A stretch of DNA of 49,408 nt, filler included, from Trypethelium eluteriae (taxonomy: Eukaryota): the NCBI GenBank assembly GCA_051942245.1. It is 2 parts of 2 records of this genome, joined end to end, with 100 filler letters (N's around TTAATTAATTAA, not from the genome) between each part and the next. Parts side by side here need not be neighbours in the genome. Positions count along the whole stretch, not along the records: positions 1 to 24,655 come from JAVECL010000398.1; positions 24,756 to 49,408 come from JAVECL010000399.1. One strand, given 5' to 3'. Below the pieces are notes generated by a model. It saw only the letters and a program-made list of their open reading frames with translations. It made no database searches and had not been told where the DNA came from. Position numbers and translations under genes: made by a program. Shown here piece after piece: positions 21,159 through 33,200 of this stretch (position 1 is its first letter; every line of letters starts with the position of its first letter).

Positions 21159-22091
21159 TTCTATTGCTGAGGAAAAGGAAGAGAGCTAATTATCTTGAGA
21201 TTATTAAAGCCAGTAGGATGCTTTTCTTTACCTCACGTGGACAATTTTCCATAGTCAGCCAATCAGTAGGGGTGTACAGACATCGGGAGCGAGAGCAATG
21301 TAATCAGAAAGAATTATTGCGTTGCCCCTGGTTTTTGGAGTAAATTGATCCTTTACTAGAATCTCTGTGACATCACCGATACATCTACGTCATTCGGAAA
21401 AATGGCTACTCCAAGACTCTAGTCGTCTTCGATATTTGTAATGTGCATTTTATGCACGGAACAAAATCCAGTCCATTACTGGCCCTGAAGGAGGTCTGTT
21501 GGATTGTGGTGGACGTTTTGCGGAACGTTGAATCTCAGATTTTATCGAGAATATCATTCATACGTTTGAGACCTCCCCACCGAAGAATGCCGAGAGTTCC
21601 GGTGGCAGGCAGGTATTTTACTTTACGAATTGGACAAGGGGTCGGTGCTGAAGGACATACCTGTGTGTCACTCAACATCGGTCAAGACTTTGAACAACCC
21701 ACTGGTCTTCGTTAGCGTTCCACACAAAATGGGCATATGGTCGTAGAGTGTCAAAGTAAAGATACCTACTGTATATTGGAAAACACCATCGAGATGCTTC
21801 GAGCGGTATTAGCTCCATCCAGTCAACCGAAGCAGGGGTCTCGGCGCCGCCGAAGTTATCCGCATCATTACCCCACAATCTCATTTCTGCTCGCTGGGTG
21901 CTCCGGTGAAGACTTAAGCCGCATAGAGCAGGCCGACCCGGAGAAGTCGTACTAGAGTAAGGTCTACGATTGCAGCTAAGTAGACTTTCAGCTCCAAACA
22001 AAATGTTCTACGTATCCATCACTTCAACCTCTAATCTGATTGTGACATGGCAGCTCTTGACCTCTTCGAAATAGGTTATGTTGTCTGAGCT

Positions 22092-23939
22092 ATGTCCTTT
22101 ACACTTTTCAGTTCCCGCAAGAGCGAGGTGGCTCAGATTGAGACCGCTGGCTTGGACCATCACGATGATGCTCTGGATGTAGAAGCTAAAGGGTACGCCG
22201 ACGCTTCGATACAAAAGGAGAATCAGGCGGTCCTCGACTCCGATGAGGCACAAGTGATCCAGCGCAAATATCTACGAAAACTCGATTTCATCATTTGCCC
22301 CACTATCTCGTTCCTCTACTTCTTTGAGTATCTGGACAGAGGCAACGTTGCTGTACGTGATAATCTCCTGCCTTGCGCTTTGAATATAGCTGAACAACCA
22401 CTTGATAGAACGCGAAATTGTACGGGCTCGATAAAGGCCATGACACCAGTAATGGAGGTGTTGGACCGGGGAAGCAGTCCCTTTCCGCCACTCAGTGGGA
22501 GGTCGTTATCATGCTTTTCTACGTTGGCCTCATTCTCTTCCAAGTCCCTGGTTGCATAGGATATCGTCTTGTCTCCCCCTCGAAGTGGATCGCCTTTAGC
22601 GTTTGTTTCTGGTGTATCACCTCCATGCTTCAGGATGTTGCGACCAACTACGCCAGCCTGCTCGTCTGTCGAATATTTCTGGGGGCCTTCGAAGGCCTGT
22701 TCGGTACCGGTATCGTGTATTATCTGAGTATTTGGTACCATCGTACTGAGCTCGGCCTCAAAGTTTTCTGGTACCTTGGACCCACAGCCATTGCGGGAGC
22801 CTTCGGAGGCCTAATTGCATACGGAGTCGGGCACATCAAACGGTCAACGCCACAGTGGAAGTGGCTCTTTCTCATTGAGGCGCTTCCAGGATTCTGCCTC
22901 GGTCTTTTTTGTCTGTACTGGCTGCCGGACCGTCCAATGAAGAACAGTAGGTTCAAGGGAAAGTATCAAGAAGTTGCTGTTGCTCGTTATCACGCAGAGA
23001 CGGTGGATAGAACCGGCCCAATTCAACAAAAGCATGTTATATGGGCAATTCAGGACTGGAAATTGTACGCGCAAGGTATGATATCCGAATGATCGACTCT
23101 CATGAAATGGTCATCCACTGACCAGTTGATAGCACTGATATACTTTCCCACGGCTGCTCTCCTCTCCTCCATCTCTGGGTTCTTACCGACGATCGTATCT
23201 GGTAGGTAGTTTTATGCGAGCAACGTTCTAGATGAAAATATTAACAGCAGTCTAGAACTTGGATACAAGTCTGCAACGAGCGCCAATTTGATGACAGGTA
23301 GCTCAACTCCAGGGATTTCTCTATCCATCAGTACTGAGCATTCCTATAGTGCCACCATATGCATGTGCTTTCGTGCTCATGTTCGTTACTTCGTGGACTT
23401 CTGATCGCTACAGAGATCGAGGCATGCATATTGTTGGATTGTCGGCAATCTCCGCAATCTGCTTCCTCATTATTGCCAATCTAGCAGAAGATGCATTACA
23501 TGCCAAATATGCTCTAATCGTAAGTCGCTGGTAACGATTTGTCCGAGTGGATTGCTTGTAGATCAACTGACCTTCGAAGTGTCTCTCAACCGCTTGCGTC
23601 TATTCCACATATCCACCCAGCCATGCATGGGCCGCCAACAACTTTGGCAACGAAACAAAACGAGCGATCGGCTTGGGCATTTATACCGCGCTTGGCAATA
23701 TGGGATCCATCGCAGGTTCATTCTTTTATCCTACCACGGATGGCCCCATTTATAGGAAAGGTCACTATTTGTCGTTCGGAATGTCACTTGCTGCCCTCGT
23801 GTTTTCACTCGTAAACAGCTTGACATTGCGTGCTGTCAACCGATACCGGGACAAAAAGTATGGAAAGCCAGTGCCTGGCCTGGCCATTGACGTTACAGAT
23901 AATGCGGACAACCTGCCGATGTTCAGATTCATTACGTAG
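22092..23939 (+). CDS. MFS transporter, anion:cation symporter (Dal5/Tna1-like) family, 6 exons
   Basis: RKLDF, YLDRGNVANAKL, RIFLGAFEG, YLSIWY, WKWLFLIE, LPDRP, FLPTIV, PPYA, SDRYRDRG; introns start 22353, 23076, 23202, 23298, 23520. Confidence 0.9.
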
Positions 23940-24208
23940 GTACTTCGAAGTCTTTGGAGAGCGTGCGATAAGAAAGGTTGCTCTCAAAGATAATATGATC
24001 GTTTCGAGACCTTGGTTAAGCCCCGCGGAATGGGTGAAGCTGAAGAAGAGCGTTGAAGGTATCAAACATTGGTTCTTCTTCAATAGTATATTGAGCTCTT
24101 ATCCACGGTCTTGTTGCTGACGGATTTCGGAACAAGCGGATGTCAAAATATTGACTGCTTCTGATAGCGCCCAAAATAAAATTAGTTCGCCGTTCGATGA
24201 TGCTCTTG

Positions 24209-24655
24209 CTAATTCAATAATCTTGCATCACTTCCAACGGTCTTAGCAAGCTCGTGGAGACTTTCGATCTCATTTCCCGTAAATGGTATTCCGCCTTCCC
24301 GTTGGACCTTCATCTTGGCATCTTCGATTTCTCCTGGTGTGAAGATTTGTGTGACACCAGCGGCTTTTTCGGAGCTTCTTACTCGTTCGAGCAGCGTATC
24401 CATCCTCTCGAGGTACTCTTCTTTCGAATCGAGGAATACCTCGGGCCGGAACACCATGAACCAGTGGCCGACACCTTGACGCTTGTCAAGAGTCTTGTAC
24501 TGATCATTGACATCACCACCAAATGACGATCCCGTTAAGAGGCCTCCAAAAATGTCCATCATCATGGCCAGCCCTGAGCCTTTCGGGCCCCCAATCGGCA
24601 ACACCACACCTTTCAACGCCTCCACCGGATCATTCGTATCCCTCCCCTCCGCATC
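24209..24655 (-). CDS. Ldh_2-family (malate/L-lactate/ureidoglycolate-dehydrogenase-like) oxidoreductase, C-terminal part only; 5' end lost at contig break
   Basis: DAEGRDTNDP..ALKGVVLPIGGPKGSGLAMMMDIFGGLLTG, GHWFMV, TPGE motifs. Confidence 0.85.
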   Translation of the reverse strand, partial: DAEGRDTNDPVEALKGVVLPIGGPKGSGLAMMMDIFGGLLTGSSFGGDVNDQYKTLDKRQGVGHWFMVFRPEVFLDSKEEYLERMDTLLERVRSSEKAAGVTQIFTPGEIEDAKMKVQREGGIPFTGNEIESLHELAKTVGSDARLLN

Positions 24656-24755
24656 NNNNNNNNNNNNNNNNNNNNNNNNNNNNNNNNNNNNNNNNNNNNT
24701 TAATTAATTAANNNNNNNNNNNNNNNNNNNNNNNNNNNNNNNNNNNNNNNNNNNN
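24656..24755. other. Artificial contig linker: 44 N + TTAATTAATTAA + 44 N
   Basis: Exactly 100 nt, symmetric, central 12-mer puts stops in all six frames; genes on both sides are truncated. Confidence 0.95.
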
Positions 24756-26903
24756 ACCTCCTTCAAGAAAGCCTCCACCCCCGCCCGATTATCCGGCGCA
24801 TACTCCACCTTCGCCCTCCTGTCCTCCACCCACCTCGCATTCGACTCGAGCTTCTGTACCACGAGCGCCAGCTGGGCATTGAGCCGGGGATTCGGCGGCT
24901 GCGGACGTGCGTCTCGGCCGCCGCCACCACTTGAACCCATCTCCTTGAGCCAGCGCTTCAGCATGACCGTGACCGGCAGCGCGAGCTCCGGGAACGCGAT
25001 GTTCTTGGCGTAGAGGACGAAGAATTCGGTGAGGAGCTCGGCGAGCTGCTCGGCGACGCCGTCCTGATAGACGCGGGTGCGGAGGTACGGTTTCGCTGCT
25101 TTGATGGCGAGGCTGAAGTCGAGCGGTTTGAGCGTGGATTTTTGGGGTCGCTTTCGTAGCTCGGCGGAGGTGAGGACTTCGTAGAGGGCTGGGGCGAGCG
25201 GGATGTAGGTCGTGGTGGTGGAGGAGATGCGGAGGAGACTGCGGATGAGGTGGAAGCGGAGAGGGAAGTAGGTCGAGGTGGGAATGAGGCGCATTGCGCC
25301 GTGGGTGACCTGGACGAGAGGGTAGATGAGAGGTCGGAGCGGGCTCTCTTTGCCGACGGTAGCCTCTTGGAGACTGTCGCAGCTAAGGGAAATGACCCGA
25401 GACCAGAAGTCCAAAGAGTGAACGTACTGCCAGTTGTAGATCATCTTATAGGCCTCGTTGGAATTCTTGGTAATGCTTGAACGAAGGTGTATGCCAAGCT
25501 GTCGGATGAAGGAGTAGCCTGTGGTATATCCTATTGTAGGATCTAGGATCCAAAGTTCCGCGGCAGAGTTTTTCATCAGATTGACTCCTTGAATCGTGTG
25601 GACTGTCGTGTTCCTACTTCCTTTGACGAGCCCCTGATATGTGATCCTGAGAACATTCTCTCTGATGCCTGCGTCGCCAATGACCACAAGTCTCCTCATA
25701 ACCAGAAAAGCAGCAATTCTCGATGCTTCTTTATTAGAGGCAGCTGACCAGATTTCGACAACAGTCTTAGTAAGATTTCGAAGAAGTTTCTTGAAGGAAA
25801 GTAGATAAGGAAGTAATGACAGAATGGACGAAAGCGTTTGCCGAATGGTTCCTTCATCTGACAAGCTTTCCAGCAGATGCGTTACAGATATGGCGTGGGA
25901 CTTCAAAAGAGGCGTAAGCGAGCGAAAGCTTTTCGATGATGTATCCAGGCGACTACATGTATGTTAGCACTGCTCTCCAGATGGAAAATCGAAGTCTCAA
26001 TGCTTACATCTTGCCGCCTTTCACCTCTTTCAGAGGAATGTGGTGTTTGATTACTTCTGGAATTCCTGTGAGGGCAGACATGATAACTTCATGATACACT
26101 ATTGAGTCCGTTAGTATACCTCGATCGAAAGTTGATGAGGGATTCAAACCTTCTGGATTAGATAGGTTGTATTTGTGTTTCGAAGTCGTTTCGCCGTTGC
26201 TGTGTGCAGCAGCACGGAAAGCCAAGACCAGCTCTTTTGCTGATCGGAGGGAGTTCTTTTCATTCATTGCCATTTGCCATTTTCTCACCAAGGATATGGT
26301 CAATTCGTTGTTGGGAGTGCCACCTCCCTTCTTCCCACGAAGTACTTGTGCTTCTTCCATAGCCTCGTCCTCACTGCCTGCTAACTCGTCAATCCCCAGT
26401 ATGCCCTCCTCTCCTTCAAAATCGAGAAGCTCGGCGTCATTAGCTTTGAGATACTCGTAGAATTCGGGATCCTTCTTCGCGAGTTCCTCTAGCTGTTGCT
26501 TGTGGTCTTCCGTAGGTGCTTCCGGCTCTTCGTCGCTGGTAGGATTGTCGGATTCCTGGACTCCATTTTGATCCTTCGGAGTCCCGAGAGTCCTCTTCCG
26601 CTTTCCAATGACCGGTGCTACTGTCTTCTTGCCATCAGTCTTCGCTTCAGCCGAAATGTCAAACCCTCCAGAGAAGAAATCATCGACACTCATCTCCCCC
26701 AATTTATCTGCGGTTGATGGTGCACCGGTATTTGAGGAGCCGTTGTCATTGTTCTTGGATGAACGACCCTCTTCATCTCTCCTGGCTTGTCTCTTGGCTT
26801 TGAGCTGGTGATTTTGCTTGACTTTCGCAAACTCTTTCCGGCGTTGGATCGTACCACTTAGATGTTTCTTTTCAAATTTCTTAGTTCTCTTGGACTTCGG
26901 CAT
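24756..26903 (-). CDS. NOC2: Nucleolar complex protein Noc2 (60S biogenesis), 3' end truncated by linker; introns 26099-26149 and 25953-26007
   Basis: KKFEKKHL, L..KDPEFY.YL..ND.ELL.F, NLMKNSAAELW, FIRQLGIHLR, YNWQYVHSLDFW, LIYPLVQ, YFPLRFH, IAFPEL. Confidence 0.95.
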
Positions 26904-27126
26904 AGTGCGAGCTTAAGGTTATTCCACCAGAGAATGCAGTCAACGAACAATGCGTTATTAAAAAGCTGAAGATAGTGTGGAATTCGACTGGAATTTTTCT
27001 TGGAAGTGCGGCTCAACGTTGATGCGGGATCTTGCGGAGTGGGCGGAGTTAAGGTACGCACGGGAAGATCGAATCGAAGGTTGACCTTCCAAATCAACTC
27101 TCTAGGTATACACTGCCTCGGACACC

Positions 27127-27943
27127 ATGTACGCTCAGCGACAGCTATCTTATGCACCAACTCCTTACAGCTACACGCCGACCTCTACATTATCCGCGAC
27201 GATCAATCTTGATGAAGTATTCCTCCTCTATTCTTCTAAAGACCCCTGTATCTAACCGTTAACGGTAGGAGCTCAAGCTGACCTCGACGAACGCCGAGAG
27301 AGATCTGTACGAATCCCTTGCCGAAGTCTACAGCATAATCACGACCCTCGAAGCTCTTGAAAAGGCGTTCCTGAAAGATTCGATCGGAGAAGTCGACTAT
27401 ACCGAGACATGTAGCAGACTCCTAAAACAGTATAAATCAAATCTTGCTGATGAGAACGTGGGCCGAGCATTTGGTGATCTAGAAACCTTCAAAAAAGAGT
27501 GGGATGTGAGACTGTCCTGTAGAAGAATTTTCTAATATACGGCATTTTAACAAACCACATAGCTAGAATGCCCGCGAGCAACGGAGCGCCTCCGTGTTGG
27601 ATTACCCGCAACGGTCGAGCAGCCCACTCACCGGGCAGCGACTGCGACTACTGGGGCGGCTGCGAGCCTCATCGCTGCTGTGACGGAGAACTTCATCACT
27701 TTCTTGGATGCCATTAGAATTGGTATGGTCTCGAAGGATACATTACATCCACTACTGGTCGACACGATTACCGCAGTCAACAAAGTGACAGACAAGGAGT
27801 TTGAAAATAAGGGTAAGATTGTTAATTGGCTTATTACACTCAACCAAATGCGCGCGTCCGAGGAACTCAATCAAGACCAAGCGCGGGATATACAATTTGA
27901 CGTGGAATCCGCCTACTACGGCTTCAAAGCTACCCTGGAATGA
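27127..27943 (+). CDS. VPS28: ESCRT-I subunit Vps28; join(27127..27216,27269..27505,27563..27943), ~235 aa
   Basis: ERDLYESLAEVYSII.TLE.LEKAF, C.RLLKQYK, CPRATERL.VG, NFITFLDA, SKDTLHPLL, WLITLNQM. Confidence 0.95.
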
Positions 27944-28266
27944 CCGAAGCCTGGATCATCATGAGCGTTTCTAGAAGTCTCCTATAGGGGCTTATCTTAT
28001 CTGGTTCCCATGGCCAGATGCTGCAATGCAACGAAAGGCTACTAGCTGGTAGACTAACTGCAAGCTTCGAGTACATAAAACGCGCCATCGGATTCTGCCA
28101 ATCATTTCAAACGGTGAACACTATTGAAAAGACAAAATTATGAGGACCGAGGTTCTACTCGTGCCTTCACCAACGGAAACTTGTCCAGAGCAAGAAAGAG
28201 TTATTGTGCAAATTGCAGGGAATCATCGGACGGCCGAACAGAAAATGGGAAAAAGATAGAGAAACT

Positions 28267-30092
28267 TCAGGCCTTCGGATCACTTCTCCTTTCTACAAAT
28301 ACTTTCAAGCCACTTTGAACAACAAAAAAAGTGGAATGGTACTGTAGGGGCCGGTCCGGGTGAACTAGCTTGAAGTGGTACTCCCGCAAGAGCTGCGGCA
28401 AAAGTTTATTGATCTCGAGTAAGGCCAAGTTCCTACCAATGCATAGGTGGCTTCCTCCGCCAAACTGGATAACGTCGTCAGTCTTCTAACGAAAAGCATG
28501 GCAATATGTCTGACTGCTCACCTGGAAGAGATACCGCTCCATATCCTTTGCGTTATCCTCGAGCCACCTTTCTGGTCTATAAACATCCGCGTCTTGTCCA
28601 AAACGTGCCTTATCACGATGTAGAACCCAGCCGTTGACCGCACACGTGGTGCCTCCGGGATAGTTCGCCCCACCAATTTCCGTGCCTTGAGGAGGTGTGA
28701 CTCGCTCGATATTCAGGCCAACGGCAGGTCGGATTCGCATTGCTTCCTTGAGACAAGCTTGAAAGTACGGGAGATCTTGAGCCTCTTGATACTGTACCAT
28801 TGGTGAAAGCTTGCCGGCATTCTGAGCTTCATTAATTTCGGCTACGACACGGGTGTAGACAGATGGGTGGCTGAGTAGGAGATGAAAGAACGATTGCATT
28901 GTGGATGCTGTCGAATCGGAGCCGGCAAAGCTGCAGGTAGGTCAGCTTCGATTCAGTGAAAAGGACATCGCCGTGAAATTCTCGAGCTCGTGAATGGCTG
29001 AAGGAAACAACTTACATAGCTCCGTGAGCAACTGAAAAGACATCAGCTTTACTGAACTTGTCAGGTGATCCAGCATGTGCTTTTAGCAGTTGACCCATCA
29101 GATCCTGTTGATTGACTTCGAGATCCGCGCCCTCCTGCTCTCGTTTCCGAAGCTCCTCTCGTGCAAGTCGTGTTATCAAAGATGGTTTAGAGACACCCAT
29201 GAACGGTACGTACGGCTTTAAGGGATTTAGGCGGAGGATATAGTGCAGCCATGGAACTTGTCCAATTAATCCATCATACCATTGCATGTCATCGATAAGC
29301 TTTATAGCACCTTCAACATCCATACCCTTCTCCAGAAAACCGAAACTACACGAGAAAGCCACTTCTCCCAGTACCTAACGCCCCAATTAGCGCAAAGCTC
29401 TAGGGAAAAAGCATAGCAATCCTCACATCAAAAGCAAACCAGTGTAGCCAATCTCCAAGGTCACATTCGGCCTGAGGGCTAGCTGTAAACCGGTCGATTT
29501 TCTGTAACAAAAGCCGCTCAGTCTCTTCAATGCTGGGTGTAAGCTTCTGCATTGACGATAAGCTATATGGCACCACTGCAAAGCGCTTCATTTGGGCATG
29601 CTTCCACTCCCGCACTTCGGTGAAGATGTCTGGATTCTCGGGAGGTGGAAAGACCCAGTAGAAGTCTGATTTACGGAACCCCTTTCCAGATGTGAAGATA
29701 TCTTTGGCGGCGGCTGTGGACGCGAACGAAACTTCATTGGGGGCAGATCGAACGACGGGACCTAATGCCATTAGCCAAATAAATAGATGGAGGTACTGTT
29801 ACCAACCGAATTTCCTATGTAGCTCAATGAAGTTTGTTTCGACATGGCCTCGATAGACATGCCAAACTCAAATTTGGTCAGCTATTGTTGAAAAGCCGCC
29901 ATCTCCGAGGTACTTACATTTCCAGCCCCGAGTACAGGATGCAATGAAAGGTCCTGGTATATGTCGTAGAGGTGAGGCATACCGACGATAGAGTCCGCGC
30001 ACCACTATCAAACCAAGAACTACGTATACGAAGTACGCTTTGATGAAAAAAATGCCGCGCAAGACAATTGAGTTGGGGTGTGGATCCTCCAT
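28267..30092 (-). CDS. Cytochrome P450 monooxygenase (pisatin-demethylase/benzoate-hydroxylase-like group), multi-intron
   Basis: N-terminal TM anchor, PLRHIPGP, FAGSDSTA I-helix, EAMR, PERW, FGGGSHLCIG heme motif; stop at 28267-28269. Confidence 0.92.
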
Positions 30093-31165
30093 TGGGCTTT
30101 TAAGACTACTTCTACGTATAAAGCAACGCAGTCCACATGAAATGACTATAATGAAAATGACATACGTATACCTCCGCTTGTGCAGTAAATGATAAAGCCT
30201 GCACTTACAATTATATGCCCGCGGGCCAGACTGGGAGCCTAAGCATTCGGTACCTATATATTACAGCACCTACTGACGTATACGGCTGGAAAAGGAGACG
30301 GTAGTTGGTAACTTGCAGCTGCTACGACCAGGCCAAGTCTAGGGTCACCAGACGCGTCTCTGTGGATCTCCCGCTCTGTGCTCGTGGAGCATAGTAGCGA
30401 GGACAAAGTCGCATCCAAATCGGGGTCAAACTGGTGAGGAGACAGGATTAGCCGCAACAGAACAGGACCCAAGACCTAAATGCCGAGTGGGCAAACCACT
30501 TACTCTACGGCTGACCTAACTCTGGAATAGTTCCACACTAGTATACCCCTCCGCTGACAATGACACAAGCCCATTTTGCAGATTAAGATGGCAAAGCGCA
30601 CGCGGATTATGTAGGGTTTTCGTAAGCGTCTCGGCAGAAATCAGTTCCGTCATCGCGCTGCTTGTGCATGACTCCTCTAGAATCAGATCCCAGAGTTTCT
30701 TGACGACTGATGCACTCTTTGATGCTCCCGCATGGTGCCATCGCATCAGTGACAAAAAACGACCTTTGAATCGTTTTCATGACTTTCGCTAAAAGAACGG
30801 TCCCCGAAAGGTTACGTTTGAAGGTATCCTACATCATTGAAGACCGATGAGGTAGGTTCGCTAGGTCGTGAACATGCCTTGTGTAAACCGGACCTAAGTA
30901 CTCAATCGAACAAATCCTACTGCTAGTAGTATAGGATACTCAACCTGAAATCCAATTTAGGGGGGAACGTCAAGTGCTTTAGCAGCCATGCACATAGCCT
31001 CACTCCTAAAATGGCCAACAATTCTAATTAGTCTAGTCATGACTGCTTCCGCTGACTCCACGGCAAACGCACTAATAAAAAGAAACGGAAAATAACTTGG
31101 CCGGGGACACGATTTATACTCTCCCAGACACAGCACTCTAGCATTCCTGTAGCTGCAATAAGGAA

Positions 31166-33200
31166 TTACTGCCCAATCTTGTAGCCAACTCCGGGATCCT
31201 GCACACGAAACCCGTCACTCGAATCCAGCGTCGGAGAGTGGATATAATTGTCTGCTAGCTGCTTCCAGAAGTCACAGACAATGTTTGGTGTGATCAGATC
31301 CGGGACTATCTGGAAGGCGGTGCCTGACTGTCTTGGCAGGATACCATTATCTGTCGCCTGGACCACATTTGACACGTAAGTAGTGGTGGATGTCGTCGAG
31401 GTCATTGCAGTAATCCAATGAACGTCGTCTAGGATGCTACATTGGGAAGAATTGACAGCGTTGGGATCACCACTGACAGCGTGCGCGACCAGGTGCTGCT
31501 GATACTGGCACGCGAATTGAGATGTGGGCCCGAAAAAGTCATTTAGCCTGGAGATAAATGCCATAGTTGTGGAGTTCTGTTCAATATGAGCCTGTTCCAA
31601 GAGCTCTTCCATCCACGCCGTGAAGTTGACGTCTTGGTTCCAGAATGTAGGCAGCAGATCAGTACCATGTAGGGCAAGATTTAAGGATTCATAAGCAGCG
31701 TATTTCACCATGTATACCGGGGTCTTTCCCGAATTATACGCGTCAAAAAGCTGTCTGGTGTTGCAAGTGAAGGTAGAATCTTGCACAACAGCCTTATATC
31801 GAAGAGCGGGAGTAAGGGTAGAATACTGTGTCGCAATCTCCTGCCGAGCCATCGCCATTGTGCTTTGTGGCATGAACGCACTGATGTTGCCTGTGAATTC
31901 CATTTCACTCATGTTCGCGTAAACGAAGGTCTCCGCTTCATCGGACACGTGGGAGACGAAAATAGACTGGAGTTGGTGGTAGTTTCCTAGGGAATGATGG
32001 TTAGCTACATCTGCAGGTAAGTTGAGCTGTTTGTACACATGCCTTCAGCAAGACTGAGAACAGGTAGCTGCTCGATTAGTTGACCATCGACGGTAGGACC
32101 AAATGGAAAGCCTCTTGTCTCATTACGAAGGTTATCGAATATATATTGATTGGCCTCTAATATGTCGGGAGAATCGATGGGCTTTTCTCGTAGGCATGTC
32201 AGATTACTGCAGTCGGCACGGCCGGCAAAATTCTCAAATCTCATCTCCAGTACCCCAGTTTGGTCCCAAGACCATTCGAAAGCGGGACTTTGAAGCATAG
32301 CTTTGCCAAACAGAGGAGTGTCCCATCCCTTTGCAACGAGATGATGCATGATCGAGCCAGCACCTGCAGACTCTCCCCATAAGCTGACATTGGCGGGATT
32401 CCCACCCAGTTGAGATATGTACTTCTGGACCCATTCTAAGAGGAGTCTCTGATCATAAAGGCCGGCATTTGGCAGGCCACCTTGCTCCTGGAACTTACTG
32501 CCAGCCAGCCAGCCATATACACCTAGGCGATAGTTGCCAACAACAAAGATGACATCGCGTTGCATTGTCTGAGCTGCATCAATAAAGCCAACGCCCGAAT
32601 AGAGGGGATTGTTGGGATCGCCAGCGCCTTTCGAGCCATCTACATATCCACCACCGTAGAGCCAGACAATAACTGGGACCGACGAGGTTGATATAGTCGA
32701 GGCAGGTAAGTAGACATCCAGAAATAAGCAGTCTTCAGTCTCAGTGATGTTATTGTCACCTGCCGCGGGTTGACCAAGATAAGGCTGTCCGGGATAAGTG
32801 GTACTGGCTGGCATCGTGACGCGCGGACAAGCGATGTCCCCAGTAGGGTCTGCACTAGTCCTAGACTCGGGAAGCTGGGGTGCAGCGAAACGCAGTGAAC
32901 CTGTGGGTGCCTGACCAAAGCGAACATTCTGGAACTTCCAAATCTGTGCAAGGCGGTCAAGAATGCAATTTTGAAGTCCAAGCAACTCACAGTTGACTCG
33001 CTTGTCTTTGAGCGCGGAACAGTTGTAGCAGTATACGCGTTCCATGGCAACGAAAGGGTGCGTTCTGCTACGCTAGTAGCTACAGTGGGAGGGGCGGAAG
33101 TGCTTCTGAGAGAGTGTGTGCTGGACGGGCCTGCGTTGACGACTAAAGGAGGAAGACATAAAGCTATACCCCAGGTGATGAACGTGGACAAAATACCCAT
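31166..33200 (-). CDS. Secreted type-B carboxylesterase/lipase; join(32991..33200,32043..32943,31166..31986), ~643 aa
   Basis: Signal peptide; EDCLFLDVY, WLYGGGY, NYRLG, GESAG nucleophile, SDE acid, HGTDL His; second intron is GC-AG. Confidence 0.9.

Noticed and set aside
24700..24711. TTAATTAATTAA as biological palindrome
   Set aside because: Centre of a synthetic linker
26991..27000. RRPE-like GAAAAATT upstream of NOC2
   Set aside because: Plausible for a ribosome-biogenesis gene but too short and imperfect to support
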